64,000 bases of DNA from NCBI GenBank assembly GCA_040954595.2, contig CM082577.2, positions 12,495,654-12,559,653 on the forward strand. The letters are read 5' to 3'. Position 1 is the first letter of the stretch; each line of letters opens with the position of its first letter. Origin of the DNA: Balanoglossus misakiensis (lineage: Eukaryota; Animalia; Hemichordata). The notes under the pieces are model-generated. The model did not search any database, was not told the DNA's origin, and was given only the letters and a program-made list of their open reading frames with translations. Both the position numbers and the translations under genes were made by a program. Positions 52,002 through 64,000 of the stretch are shown one piece after another.

Positions 52002-52970
52002 ATGGCATCTTTGCAAGCAGACGACTGTCAAAGAACACATACGGGTACAAAGTCGTATTTTGATCCCTTCAACTTGTATCTTATTGAACTGGCAGAAGAC
52101 ATAATTGAAGGTGTGTAGAACTCTGTTCCTTTGCTTTCAGAATTCAGGGTGTTCAGAAATGTTGCACTGTGCATGTATTCTCTTCCCTACATCAGTGTAT
52201 GACTGCAATTTCTCAATGGCTAGATCCATAACTAACAGATGTCTCAATTAAATTCACTCAATATTTCGTGCTGCACAAGATTGTAAATTTGATCCCACAT
52301 TTCAATGCATTATATGCATGGTACGTACCATCAGTGTGTTACACTGTACATTTTGAAATTGTTATAGCGGAATTACCAACTGTGACAACTTCAAAAAGTC
52401 TCATTTGACCTTTTGAATAAGACTCAGAACAGAGCTATTATAGCAAGTTTATTCTCTCTTCTCTTTTTCTTACAGATGGCCTGAGAAGATTGGTAGAAGC
52501 AGTAGCTGCTTTAATGAACCCTCCAATACCTAAAAGTGTAAGGGAAGACATTTTGAAAAGCAATCGTCCATACAGTTTGTTCGAAGCATTATGTGACCAT
52601 GGACATTTATCAAGAGAAAAACCTGAAACTCTTATTCAGCTGTTGGAAATTGCCAAACTTTATGTGTTAGCGAAGCATGTAGAAGTTCGATATGAGAAAA
52701 GCTTTGACAAAGACTATCCATATGAGGAAGTGACAAGAGAAGTAGAGTCTAGGATGAAAGCTGATAGCCAGAAACAGATAAGTGACAGAAGTGGAGAGAG
52801 TTTGCCAACATTTCCAACTGAGAGGACCTCAGCAGGAATACAGTTACCATCTCCCTCACAGCATCCAAGTCCCTCTGGAGAAGTACAGTCAATGACATCA
52901 ACTCGTCCTAAGATTCCAGCGGTGACAGCCACTCATTCCAAGACTCAAATATCCACCACAGAATCTCATG
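52002..52970 (+). CDS. Gene B exons 52002-52110 and 52476-52970: N-terminal DED plus linker
   Basis: Paralogue of gene A: MASLQADDC...FNLYLIELAEDIIEDGLRRL...LFEALCDHGHLSREKPETLIQLL. Confidence 0.8.
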
Positions 52971-53511
52971 GTAAGCACTTGCAGCATTAACAAATATACA
53001 TTTGTACATTCATATTATACAAATACTGTAATCACCCTAAATGTTCAACCACAATAAAATAATTATGATTTTGAAAGAGATGAAATAATACTATAGGAAA
53101 AAAATGTTTCTCTTAGATGGTCAAAGTGGCTGAAACATGGCATTCTGAGGTCATCCGACCCTTGAAAAAGTGCCATGCACAATATATTCCAAAGGTCATG
53201 GTTAGAGGCTGTTGTCATGACCATATATCCTACATTAGGTTTTGAATGCTCTCGATTTTTTTTCCTTTGTCTTGTCTTTCTTTCCAGAAATGCTCAATAA
53301 AAAATATTTAAAAAAAGAATTGAATGCTCTCATTTGTAACCTAGTGCCAAATGTATTTGGAGGTAGTGGTAGTCTGGTAGTTGTGTATTTTATATATCAA
53401 ACACTTAGAGTGATTATCAGAGTATTTAATTATTAAATAATAATTTTAAAAGAATACCACACATACGCAATGAATTCATCCATCCATATGTTTATCTTTA
53501 ATATACTTCAG

Positions 53512-53739
53512 GTATGTCATATGTCGGTGATGTTGCTGCTAGCAGTGCAGTTAGTTCAGCTGAAACACAGAAAGAGATGACGACAATGATGAAAGATCCA
53601 GAAGGTGAAACCACAAGTGTACAACACCACATAGACACACATGATTTACATCGTGCACGGTATCCCTTGACAACAAGACTGCAGTCACCATCACCTAGGC
53701 AACAAACTGATTCAGTAGAGATGGTCACTAAAGAGAAAA
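53512..53739 (+). CDS. Gene B linker exon (phase 1-1)
   Basis: AG/GT boundaries, paralogue of 35510-35737. Confidence 0.8.
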
Positions 53740-55130
53740 GTAAGATATTTTTACAAAAATAAACTGGAGCAGTTAAGATACACATAAATACCGATCAATG
53801 ATAGCCATTTAAAGATTCCAAGTTGCAAGTTTTGACAGCTACCATTACCCATCCCCAACTTCAAATGTTGACTAAAATGCTTCTCATGTCAAGTCTCCAA
53901 GTCGAAAACAGTTGTTGACAGGTCAGCCTTGGAACTTTGACCTACATGTACCTACTAGCAGATCATCTCAGTCAAACTCTATATAACATTATAATGGAGA
54001 CAATGATGTTGGTTACAAGTAAAAACAGTACTAAAATGTTTTTTGGGAACATACATTTTATATGATTGTGTAAAAATTTGGTTGACTTAATTTTATTTAG
54101 AAAACAAAGTAAGGACTGCAGCTGTGTCACAATGACAATTGAGAAAATGCTAAATTTCCATTATGCTCCCCTGACGGTGAGTTGTCACCTCTTCAGAACA
54201 GAATCATGGAAAGAGGAATAGTCTGTATGTAAAGAGGAATTTTGAATGAAGTAACCAAGCAGACCTCACTACCTATGAAATGTTTGCACACATGTAAATA
54301 CATTTGCAGAGTTTTATCTTTGGAACTGATATCATTGACCTTTTGGACTGTGCTCTTTCAATGCAACCATAAGGTAAACAAACTATGCCAGGCCTGTCTT
54401 TCGTGTATTGTCTGTTTTGAAACGGTGACTTGTTTGCATAAAATTCTATCAGAGATAATACGAACTATCCATGTTACATGTACCGTATGTGGGGACATGG
54501 CCAATGTGAAATTGGATAGAGGTATGTTTAATGCAAAATTTAATGTCATAATCCCTGGCAAAAAAAAATATTGGCAGAAGTTCATTCTGTGGCTTGATCA
54601 ACATACTATATTTTAAATCATTTGTGCAATTGTATAATGCTGATGATCTTGAGTTTTGCTTTATCGTAGTGTATTTCCTTCTGTGTGTTATCCACAAAAT
54701 GAGGTTTTGTGTGTGATGTACTTTGTACCCCCCACCCCCAGTATTCTTGGCGCCGTATTCTTCATTCTGGTTCTGGCTATATAAAAATTGTGAGAATAAA
54801 TCTTAGAGAAGTCGTAATTCTAGGATATTCACTTTCATAGGTGGAGGAGGGAATTTTGCATATCACTGTTGGACTAAATTTGTCCTTCCTGGACTGATAC
54901 ACTAAAAGGGAAAAATGGGCATAAAGGATTATTGATATTTAGTGTCAGTGTCATGAATTTGTTGCCAAAATTCACTTTTAGACAAATTTACTGTGTCAGA
55001 GTGGATTTTGAGGTGCTCATAAATAAGTCCTATTCTCGAAGTACAGTGTAACTACAACGCTGATACAAGAAACAAATATCACAAAATATGTCTTATGTTA
55101 TTTGACAATTATATTCTGATCTGTTTTCAG

Positions 55131-56339
55131 ATAATGACCTCAAAATGACTACTGTGTTCCTGGCTGAAAAGTGGAATCGTGTGAAGGACACTGTATCTGC
55201 CCTCAACTGTCAACTTGCCAGCAGTGTAGCCGAAGACAGACAACGTAAAACATGCTGTGTTGTTTTGGAGGCAAGTGACGAGGAAAGGAAAGATGCAGCT
55301 GATTCTGGAGTTGAGTTGATACTTCCAAGTTTGAGAGACGACCTTGAGGATGCCTTTGGAAAAGATGAGCCAGTTCCAAAATGGATTCTTGTACCAGAGG
55401 CTTACTTTACAACCCTCACAGAGTTACAAAATGTGGAATACATTGTGGAACATGTCAAGCCTTCAGCAAAACTCCCGGTTGCAAGTGTTTTGAGGAAACG
55501 ATATTTCAAAGATGCTAAGATTATTCTCATCAATCACACCATCCCATCAGCTGAAGTACAAGGCAAACACATCAGTTTTGCTGAAAGGGCATCTGCAGTT
55601 TTCTCTGTTGGACCTACTGTCTTTGAACATTACAAGAAACTCTACCAAACAACCGAAGTTCCTGTAAGACATGAATTGTATCTTCCGAGACCCGAGAAAG
55701 AATTCTTTGATGTTAATGTGGATCAAATACAAAAAACAAGTGACTTGAAACAAATCCTGACTGTGATAACTGATACAGCTGTGGAATCCCCACGATATAA
55801 AACACTGGCAGCTGAAGTTGGAAAAACAGCCGGTACATTCAACCAGATGCAAATGAAGGTTCCATTGTGGTGTGTACGAACTCCCTCAGAAGCTGATGTT
55901 GCTGACACAAAGACTTTTCTTACAGGCAACTTAAATTGCCCGCACATAGAACCAAACACTTATCCCTCACACGGCTCTCAAGATGATATTTACAGAGATT
56001 TACGTCAGAGTAATGTCTGTATTATACCACCTGATGAGCCATTCAGGATGGAGGGATTACGATCCATTGCTGCAGGACTACCTGTGTTAGTTCCGGAAAG
56101 AACTGCCTTAGCAGCATTTATAAACACATGCTTTGACCATGAAGCAAAGTATTTCCTGTATGACCCTTCTGTTGATGGGGATTTATCAATAAAGATCAAT
56201 AAGATGTTGTTAGCAACACATGCAATACCCATGGCGACACGTTTGAAGAATATGTATCTCAGTCACACAGAGATTACTGACAGTCATGAAAAGTTCAGAG
56301 CTTGTTTCAAAGAAGTTCAGAGTACACAGCCTGCACAAA
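55131..56339 (+). CDS. Gene B exon: GT4-like glycosyltransferase domain
   Basis: Paralogue of 36074-37291, open frame, phase 1-1. Confidence 0.85.
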
Positions 56340-56733
56340 GTAAGTATCTTTCCTTTTCCACACACAATCCCAAAACAAAAGGTGCAGTCTCAGACACAGG
56401 ATAGACTGAAAGGGCAGTAACCTGATGAAATGTTTACTTTTGAATTGAAAATTTAGCTTCAGATGATTTGAACAAGCAACACATCATCAAAATGAGAGTG
56501 AAATTGAACAATGATGATGAAGCGAATTTTCTGTAGCTCTTGTTTGGAACAAATATTCTATTAAGAACAATATATGATTTAAGTATGGTTTCTTGATAAA
56601 ATCTTTGTGGAAACAACCAATTTTTAAGTTATAAACAAATCTTGTACAGCCATAGGAAATACTTGTAGATATATGAATTATAGCGCACATATTGATTCAA
56701 TGATTAACAAACTTTTGTATTTGAACACTACAG

Positions 56734-58982
56734 GCAGTCCAGAATATGCTGTTGTTTCAGATGATACACCAAGTGAAACTCATAAATCAAAATTGATACG
56801 ACGGAAAAGGCCTTTGATGCCAAGTAAGTTATGTTTCCGTCAGTGATGCAGTATGCTTTGTCATGATTTCACTACAAAGTCTAGTTTCACAAAATTACTC
56901 AGTGGTTCTAAACGCCATAGGTTCTAGGGTCATAAATTTTACTGTATCTTTTACTGGTTATCGTATGAGTTACTTACCGATTTGGAGTGTATTTAATGGA
57001 TTATTTACATAAAAAAGAGAGACTTTGCTTGCCCCCCCCCACAAAAATGCTGCCAGTACCTCTTCCTCGCCTGCGGCTCGGGCATCATCAATATTTTGTA
57101 ACACACCATGCAGCGAACCCTCGATCGTGATTCGTCAATACGCCGCCACGTGACCATAGTCATTTCGAACTGTTCCCTAGGGCATCATTTCGATCGGTTT
57201 CTGCCCGGTACTGTTGCCCCGTCTTGATATAATTCCGTGTTTGGTGTGTTATAAAACACATGATGACTGACATATTCAGGCAACAGTGTATTTTTGATGA
57301 CCTCGGGACTGTTAGTCACACCAAAACAGTCTGTTTTCCCTTGGGCTATGCCCTCGGGAAAACAAGACTGTTTTAGTTGTGACTAGCAGCGCCCTCGGTC
57401 ATCAAAATACACTGTTGCCCTCATTGTCAGTCATCATGTGTATAATGGTCAGAGATCACCATCCCTCTTGCAGGCTTCAAATCGTGATGTTGCCCTCGCT
57501 ATCATGTGTTTAGAGGTTATAAACGGCTAGCGAGGGTATTTGGTTGCGGTGAAAATTAGCATATTTGGCAGGAAATAATCACCGAGTGAAGCGAGGTGAT
57601 TATTTCAATCAAATATGCTAATTTGCAGGTCTTATATCCGTACCAAATACCCGAGCGCACCGTTTATAACCTCATTTTAATATGATTTTGCTTGATAAAG
57701 ATAAACAATTTCATTTTTTCAAATCTGTTGTTTGGTTGGGAATAAATCATGCTAGTTCAAGGGCCTCATTGGGCACTGTTCCAGAACATGCAAGCTGAGC
57801 TCCTGCAAACGTGTTCTAGAATTTCTTAAGTTACGTGATTTTATGCCACCACCAATAGAATTCATAATGTGTGTTCTATTCAGGCGCGTTCTCTTCTACA
57901 TGTTCTATTTCGGTTACTTTTTTTAAACTACGGGTATTCACTGTTCAGGGTCCAGGTACAGGGTCTTCTTGTTGAGAATATAATCTCCGGCTCCAGCCAA
58001 TCAGCGACCAGGATTCACAACAAGCATATTATAACATTATTTAAATAACCACATTACAACCATGTACATACATGTATGCTAGTGTTTTGTTGAAAGGACT
58101 CTTCAAATGACTAATAAAATCAGAACTTGAGCAGCAACCATGCATGGTTTAACTGCTGATTCTGGCTCTGTGAGCACAGGTTAGGCAATCAAACACAATT
58201 TTATGTGATTCCTCAGGGTGATCAACTCACTTTGACAATGTATATGACTATCCAGTCTCCACCTTTGATTTGGTAGTAGAATAATCTCACTACAATGTAC
58301 TTGCATCTCTCTTACCATAGGTAGAGACGATGCAACACAAGTAACCGAAGAGAGCAGCCCTGAAAAAAAATTAAGAGAAGATAAACCCAGTCGAACTAAG
58401 CTGTCTGGGAGGGATCTGGAAGAAATGAAAGTGCTGCAAGAAAGGCTGAGAGAAAAAGAGTATGAAAAGGAACATTTGGAGAAAACACTCAAAGAAGTCA
58501 GAAATGAAAACAAAGTACTATTAAAGAACTTAACTGGCAAACTTTCCCAAGTAAAAAAAAGTGAAACTGAGATAGAAAGTTTGAAGAAAGAGATTGACCA
58601 ACTTGAAGAACGGAATATGCTAAAACAGAAGGCAATCAATAAACTAATTGAATTAGACGAGAGTACAAGAACCCAAGGACCGCATCATCAAGGTGTGTTT
58701 TGAGCACTTAATGTCATAGGTTTGCCTGTCAACCACACTTAGTTTATCAGCAATATAAAAGGTCCAGTGCATATCAAATGAAAAACAGACTTGGAAGGCT
58801 CATATTGTTAGTTGAAACCTAAGAAATGTACATTTTCAAGCTTGACTTATAATTGTTACAATATATGCTGGTGTATTAATTTATTGTCAACATTACTCTC
58901 AGAAAAATAACTCCCCTAAAATATCTGCATTTCAGAGGATATCAAAGACCAACGATCCCTTCTGCTCATCGCTGCTAATGAG
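56734..58982 (+). CDS. Gene B exons 56734-56823, 58321-58692 (coiled coil), 58936-58982
   Basis: Phases chain 1-1, 1-1, 1-0. E/K/L-rich heptads in the middle exon. Confidence 0.72.
57249..57445. repeat. Fold-back palindrome of about 195 bp (hairpin-type non-autonomous element)
   Basis: ACACATGATGACTGACA...TGTCAGTCATCATGTGT arms with a small central loop. Confidence 0.8.
57514..57673. repeat. Fold-back hairpin of about 160 bp with GAGTGAAGCGAG apex
   Basis: GAGGTTATAAACGG / CCGTTTATAACCTC and inner pairing arms. Confidence 0.75.
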
Positions 58983-58988
58983 GTAGGC

Positions 58989-59097
58989 CAATCTGATTAA
59001 AATCAGATGTAGTGAACGGCGACGTGTTTTTTTTATGCTGTACACTAGCATGTTTAAACCACGTCACTGTTCCCTACATCTGATTTTAATCAGATTG
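58989..59097. mobile_element. 109-bp MITE inserted at a splice donor
   Basis: TIR CAATCTGATTAAAATCAGATGTAG, direct repeat GAGGTAGGC on both sides. Confidence 0.85.
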
Positions 59098-59294
59098 GAG
59101 GTAGGCATGACGATTGAAGTAAAATCATTTTATGAAGGCCTTGAAATTACATACAATAGCCCTGGAACTTTTCTCTCGCTTGCAAATGCTTTTTAGTGTT
59201 AGGACAGAATTTAGTTTACAATTTAACCTTCAAAAGTGAAGATTTCCAGACCCGTTTCTTTTTTATAATGATTGCTTTTTTCCCCTTTATAAAG

Positions 59295-61989
59295 GAAAAA
59301 TGTTCCTACAAATTACCATGTGGATTTTCACTCGAGGTCCCACCAGAATGTGTTGAAGAAGACACAACATTGTTGGTCACATATAACAAGAACATCACCA
59401 AGGTCCCTCTTGCAGACTTTGAATGGTATCAGTCAGATGTCCTTGATTTTGCGGCAGATCACATTACACTGAAGAAACCAGTCTACCTTGTGCGGAAATG
59501 TCTGAATGTTCAGCCCTTTGAGAGAGAACAGATCATCCTGACAAGCAAAAATGGTAAAACATGGGAAGAGTTAAACACTGTTGAAGTAAGTACATCTGCA
59601 CAGTGAAATTTTACTACACTTATCAATGCCATTCTTTAGTGCTATTATTTCAGTACACACATATGTATGAGTATGTAGATGTCTCCATATTTTATCAAGA
59701 AAAAGTGGTGAAAATTGGAATGTACCACACATCCTCCCTCCAAGATTGCTGACAGTATAACAATATGACCAGGCTCGTCATAGCAGCCCCAGTCATGACA
59801 TTGGTCCAATCATCCGCTATATAATAGTAAACAGGTGAGATTTTCACGATGTTGGTCGGCCAACCTACATACCCTCCAGCACAATATAACACCCAAACAA
59901 GTATAAGTGTACTTCTTGTTGCAGTTGTACATAAAAGTCCTTGCTAAAATTCATAAAATCTGTTTGTGAACATTGTATAAAATTGTTGACATACAAGCAT
60001 ACACATGATCGCATGACATTTTGTATCCTGTTTTCTATCCATTTTTACAAAGCATTTACATGGATACGTAATTACATTATCAGTTATTGCAGCCACTTGC
60101 CATTTGGCAAAACAAAATGCAGTTTCTCAATAGACCAGTATGTTTCACTAGATTCTGTCCATACACTTATAAAAGTAAAATGGTATTAATTGTTAAATGT
60201 TTATTCATATACAGGAAGACAATCATATCAAAGTAGAAGTTCGCCATTTATCACATTTCATGGCAATTTCAAGACCTTACAAAGACATGTTTGATATCAG
60301 CAGAGAAGGTGGAAAATTTTCCTCAAAAAAAGATGAACGGATTAGCATTGTAGTTCCGGAAGATGCCATAGAAGATGAGAAGTCTCTGATATTAGAGGTA
60401 AATATATCATCATCATCATCATCATCATCATCATCTACCCATGCCTTTTATTACCCCATTAGAGATTAACATGACACAAAATTAAAGTGGAGCTGATCAG
60501 TGCCAGATTGCTTGTTTGATTGATTTTGCTACAATCTTTGACAGGCTACAGCCAACAGCAATGAAACCCTTAGGTTTGTCATTTTTTCACAGATACATGC
60601 AATTCAGCATATTATCAGTAAAAATGCACTTTCAGGTTTCAAGTCCAAAAAACGAGATTGGACTCCCAGCCAGTTTACCAAAAGTGCAGTCAGCTGACTC
60701 AGGATCAGAGATTGATCCATAATTGCAGAAAATGCAGGCGTGGGCCAGTGATGGACAATATGCAATATGGAAATATTTTCTGAGTCTATGTAAAGATCAC
60801 AGACTCGCAAATAAAAATGCAATTTATAAAAAAGGCTGGTGCCTGCAACTACATGTAGTACAAATGTATACCGGTGTATCTGCTACTCATTGATGATCAT
60901 TGCTGTTGCAGTTAGATCTAGGTCTGTGTCCTAACTTTTACTGTTTGTATTGAAGGTCCATGACTGTAGCTATAACACAGTTGATAGTGTCTTCCCAACT
61001 GGTGGAGAATCTCTCGATGTGTCCTTTGCATCCATAGTGTGCATCAATCGAGGCCAGAGGGAAAGCATAAAGTTCAAGAAGCCTGTAAAACTAACCATCC
61101 CACTCCCACCAGACATTCCGGGTGTTTCCTCTGATGATACAGAACTGTGCATACTGAAAGATGAAGCTGATAATTGTGAATGGAAAGATGTAAGCGAGGA
61201 TTGTCCTTTTACTGTACAACATGATGTTGTGGAATTTCACACTCAGACACTCTGTGGGTAAGTTGAAATCATTTCTTCCAAGTACAACATCATATTGACT
61301 TAGACTTGGAACGTTATGACTGCAGAGTTATGTTCACTATAATTCCTTGGATGCATCAGGCCTAATATAATATATTGTATCTGCAGGTGATAGTAAGGTT
61401 TATGTACTGTACCGTATGTAAAATGTATGTTGAACAGTTTGCACCATGGGGAGATCATTCAATCCATATTTCGCCATTTTCATCGCTTGAAAGTGTCTGG
61501 ATTTTTTTTTTCAGGTATGCATTGGTAAGATTCTTCAAAGGCATAATGCAAGGAATTTCTGATATGCTTTCAACAATCACAAACTTCAAGAAGGCTGGAA
61601 GTCAGCTTGTAAAGATACTCCTTCTTCAGCACAAGGATAATGCAAGACGCTTAAGATGTGACCTGGTAGAGACCAAGGGACCATCCATGTCAGATCCATT
61701 GCCAGAGAAGTATAAACAATATGATCATGAAAAAAGAGCCGAGAGTCCTGATATTCAGATGAACAGTGAAGACGTTGTCAGAAATTCTGTACCCACAGAG
61801 GGGGCTTTTGTTCTGGAGTCTGTGCTGAACATGAGTCAACCATACTACCCTTATACTGATAACCACTGGGATGTCACTGTTGCTGTGAAACCCGAGCATA
61901 AGAGTTCCAGTGATCTGGTTGGACATATGCTGTTCCTGAAAAATGATGAGCTGCAACCAAAAGTCGAGCTCCAATTCGCAATGCCAAAT
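59295..61989 (+). CDS. Gene B exons 59295-59585, 60215-60397, 60956-61257, 61515-61989: ZU5-ZU5-UPA-like module
   Basis: Phases chain 0-0-0-2-0 with no stops. Motifs GFSLEVPP, SDVL, KKPV, GKTWEEL, EGGKF, IVVPEDAI, FKKPVKLTIPLP, WKDVS, as in PIDD/ankyrin ZU5 tandems. Confidence 0.8.
60405..60435. repeat. (TCA)n microsatellite
   Basis: About 10 tandem TCA units just inside the intron. Confidence 0.9.
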
Positions 61990-62848
61990 GTAAGAACCTA
62001 ACTAAAGTTGTTAGCATGTAAATAACTGAAATGAAAATGAGTTGTCACTGTTGTATCACAAAAAGATGAATGGGAAGTATGAAATGTGATAAAGCCTCTA
62101 TAGCTGCCATATTTCACACATTTTTTTCCGTAACAAAATACTTCAAATACATTCCCCATCCTTTAGAATTCTAACCATTAAGCCATATTACTCGTATTTG
62201 CATCAGTTTGTCATCTCTCGGCGACATATACCGTGATAGCTGTGTACTGTTTGTATGGAGGCTGATTAAATCAGTGCAGCACCTGTTTAATACTTAGCGT
62301 GTTCAAATTGCCACATACAGCCACAATTGGGCATCAATAAGATGTTCATGTATACCTTTCAGAAAGCTCATTTCGATGTGTGAATCTAAGTTGGAAAATT
62401 AAATCATGAAAATAATGCAAAATTTGGCAGCTCTAGAGGCTTGAATTGCAGATTGCAATTACATGTAATTTTGTTTGTACAAGTCAAATTTCCGGTACTA
62501 CATTGTTCAATTTAGGGGGGTTGGGTTCAATGTATCATTTTCAATTAATGTGTTGATTGAAAAGAAGAAACTTATGAGTGCCACCAGTAGAGAGAGTGCC
62601 AGATCAAATGTCCTGAGTTTCACCTGAAACTGAATTTGTCTAGGCAACTACTCAACAAATTCGCATGGTATACCGGTACAAGTTAAAGTGGTCAAAAAAG
62701 GGGGTCACTATAATGAGTAACTCAAAGTTTTTAACCACAAAATTATAAAGAAGAATGAAACAGTATTATGTTCCCTTTTATGGTGGTGGGGTGTTTCCAT
62801 TTTAGGTAATATACTGGGGTAAATGAGATGTCTCTTTTTCTCATGTAG

Positions 62849-62870
62849 GAGAGTCAAGTGCAGCAAATTG
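62849..62870 (+). CDS. Gene B putative 22-nt micro-exon (ESQVQQI)
   Basis: Pyrimidine tract plus AG, donor GTAACA. Converts phase 0 to phase 1 as the flanking exons require. Confidence 0.5.
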
Positions 62871-63138
62871 GTAACAGTTTTTCAATTAGAGGTACTGGTA
62901 AGTTTCAAAAATAATGCTATGTCATATTGGTAACACTTCTAAATCGAACATCTCCTATTACTGAGGTTGATTTAATTGACATTTGTATTGAAACATTGCA
63001 GATTTCTTGATTTAATTTAGGCTTTGTGTTGATTTTTCCAACACAGTTGTTCATTTCACCTACCGTGCATAACAATAAATATTCAGGTGGCTAGCTTAAA
63101 GTAGCTATAGGATGACCTGAGTCAGTTATGCTTAAAGT

Positions 63139-63363
63139 GAAGGGGTCGTCGCATCGCGTTTGTTTGTTTATAAACATTACAATTTATCCACAAATCCCTA
63201 AAATTAGATAATTCTTTGAATGATGCAGCCAACCGTAGCGTAGACTGGGCATGACAGCAACTGAAGATTATAGTAGGTCGTGGCGACTGCGGTGAGGTTT
63301 GTGCTGGTATGGGAGGACATATTCTCATCAAGGGGGTTACCCACGCGGCACGACGACCCATTC
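63139..63363. mobile_element. About 225-bp MITE, copy 2
   Basis: Homologous to 13781-14008. TIR GGGTCGTCG / CGACGACCC. Confidence 0.75.
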
Positions 63364-63744
63364 TCTATAAGTTGTAAAATGTGAAGCTTGTCTATTTTGA
63401 AGAAAAGTTTTCCTTTTTTCTGGCAAAACATAGCTTTCAAATGTAGGTTTGACCAATATTTCACTGTGGTTACTATATACAGATCTAACCATTGTGAAAT
63501 TGTGGTGAAAGCTACAATGTACAACAATTTGTAACTGTAATTTTGCATCATGAAATTTTAAATCCTAATCTCATAATATACTAAAACTCTAAGGAAAATA
63601 AATAGAAACAATTGTTCATACAAGTATCTTGTCAGAATATATCCAAATGGTCTATAACATCAGATTTGGGAAAGTCTGTAATTTGTGTGTTATCGTTACT
63701 TACCTTTGTATGATAACACTGACACAGTAACATTATCATTACAG

Positions 63745-64000
63745 CTTCACAGGGTTCTGAAGCAACAGAACTTCATCCGCTGAATATCCTTTTCATTGAA
63801 CTTGAGAAGCATTTAAATGAAGATGAAGAACGTACACTCATAGGCCTGTTACGTGGTCGTCAAATATTCAAACGAGATTTACAGAAGTTGAAATCTGCTG
63901 CAGAGGTATTTGCATATTTGCAAGAAAGGGGCCATATCAAAGATTACAATTTAAAACTTCTGAAGGAATTGTTCTTGAAAATGCAACGACCACATTTATT
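63745..64000 (+). CDS. Gene B exon encoding a second DED (runs off window; not in ORF track)
   Basis: LNILFIELEKHLNEDEERTLIGLL...LKSAAEVFAYLQERGHIKDYNLKLLKELFLKMQRPHL, a DED pattern with an RxDL-like RPHL end. Confidence 0.8.

Overview
AT-rich genomic DNA from an invertebrate animal (spliceosomal introns; marine invertebrate is my inference). 1-12.7 kb is a nest of mobile elements: a Ty3/Gypsy LTR retrotransposon interrupted by a BEL/Pao element, a palindromic Penelope-like remnant carrying hammerhead ribozymes, and a Kolobok-type MITE with a Tc2/pogo-like MITE inside it. This nest is probably intronic to an ankyrin-LRR-Roc-COR (ROCO) gene ending at 17663. The rest is a tandemly duplicated innate-immunity-like cluster. 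It holds an orphan array of 27 x 84-bp LRR units; gene A (DED - GT4/GT-B-like glycosyltransferase - TRADD-N-like - NLR helical region without a P-loop - 23 LRR units), disabled by a stop codon and two insertions; and gene B (DED - GT4-like - coiled coil - ZU5 - ZU5 - UPA - DED), apparently intact and running off the window end. Genes A and B share a near-identical 5' half joined at a phase-1 intron to unrelated 3' halves. Many MITEs with clear target-site duplications are present. Exon structures and domain calls were made by eye, without database searches.
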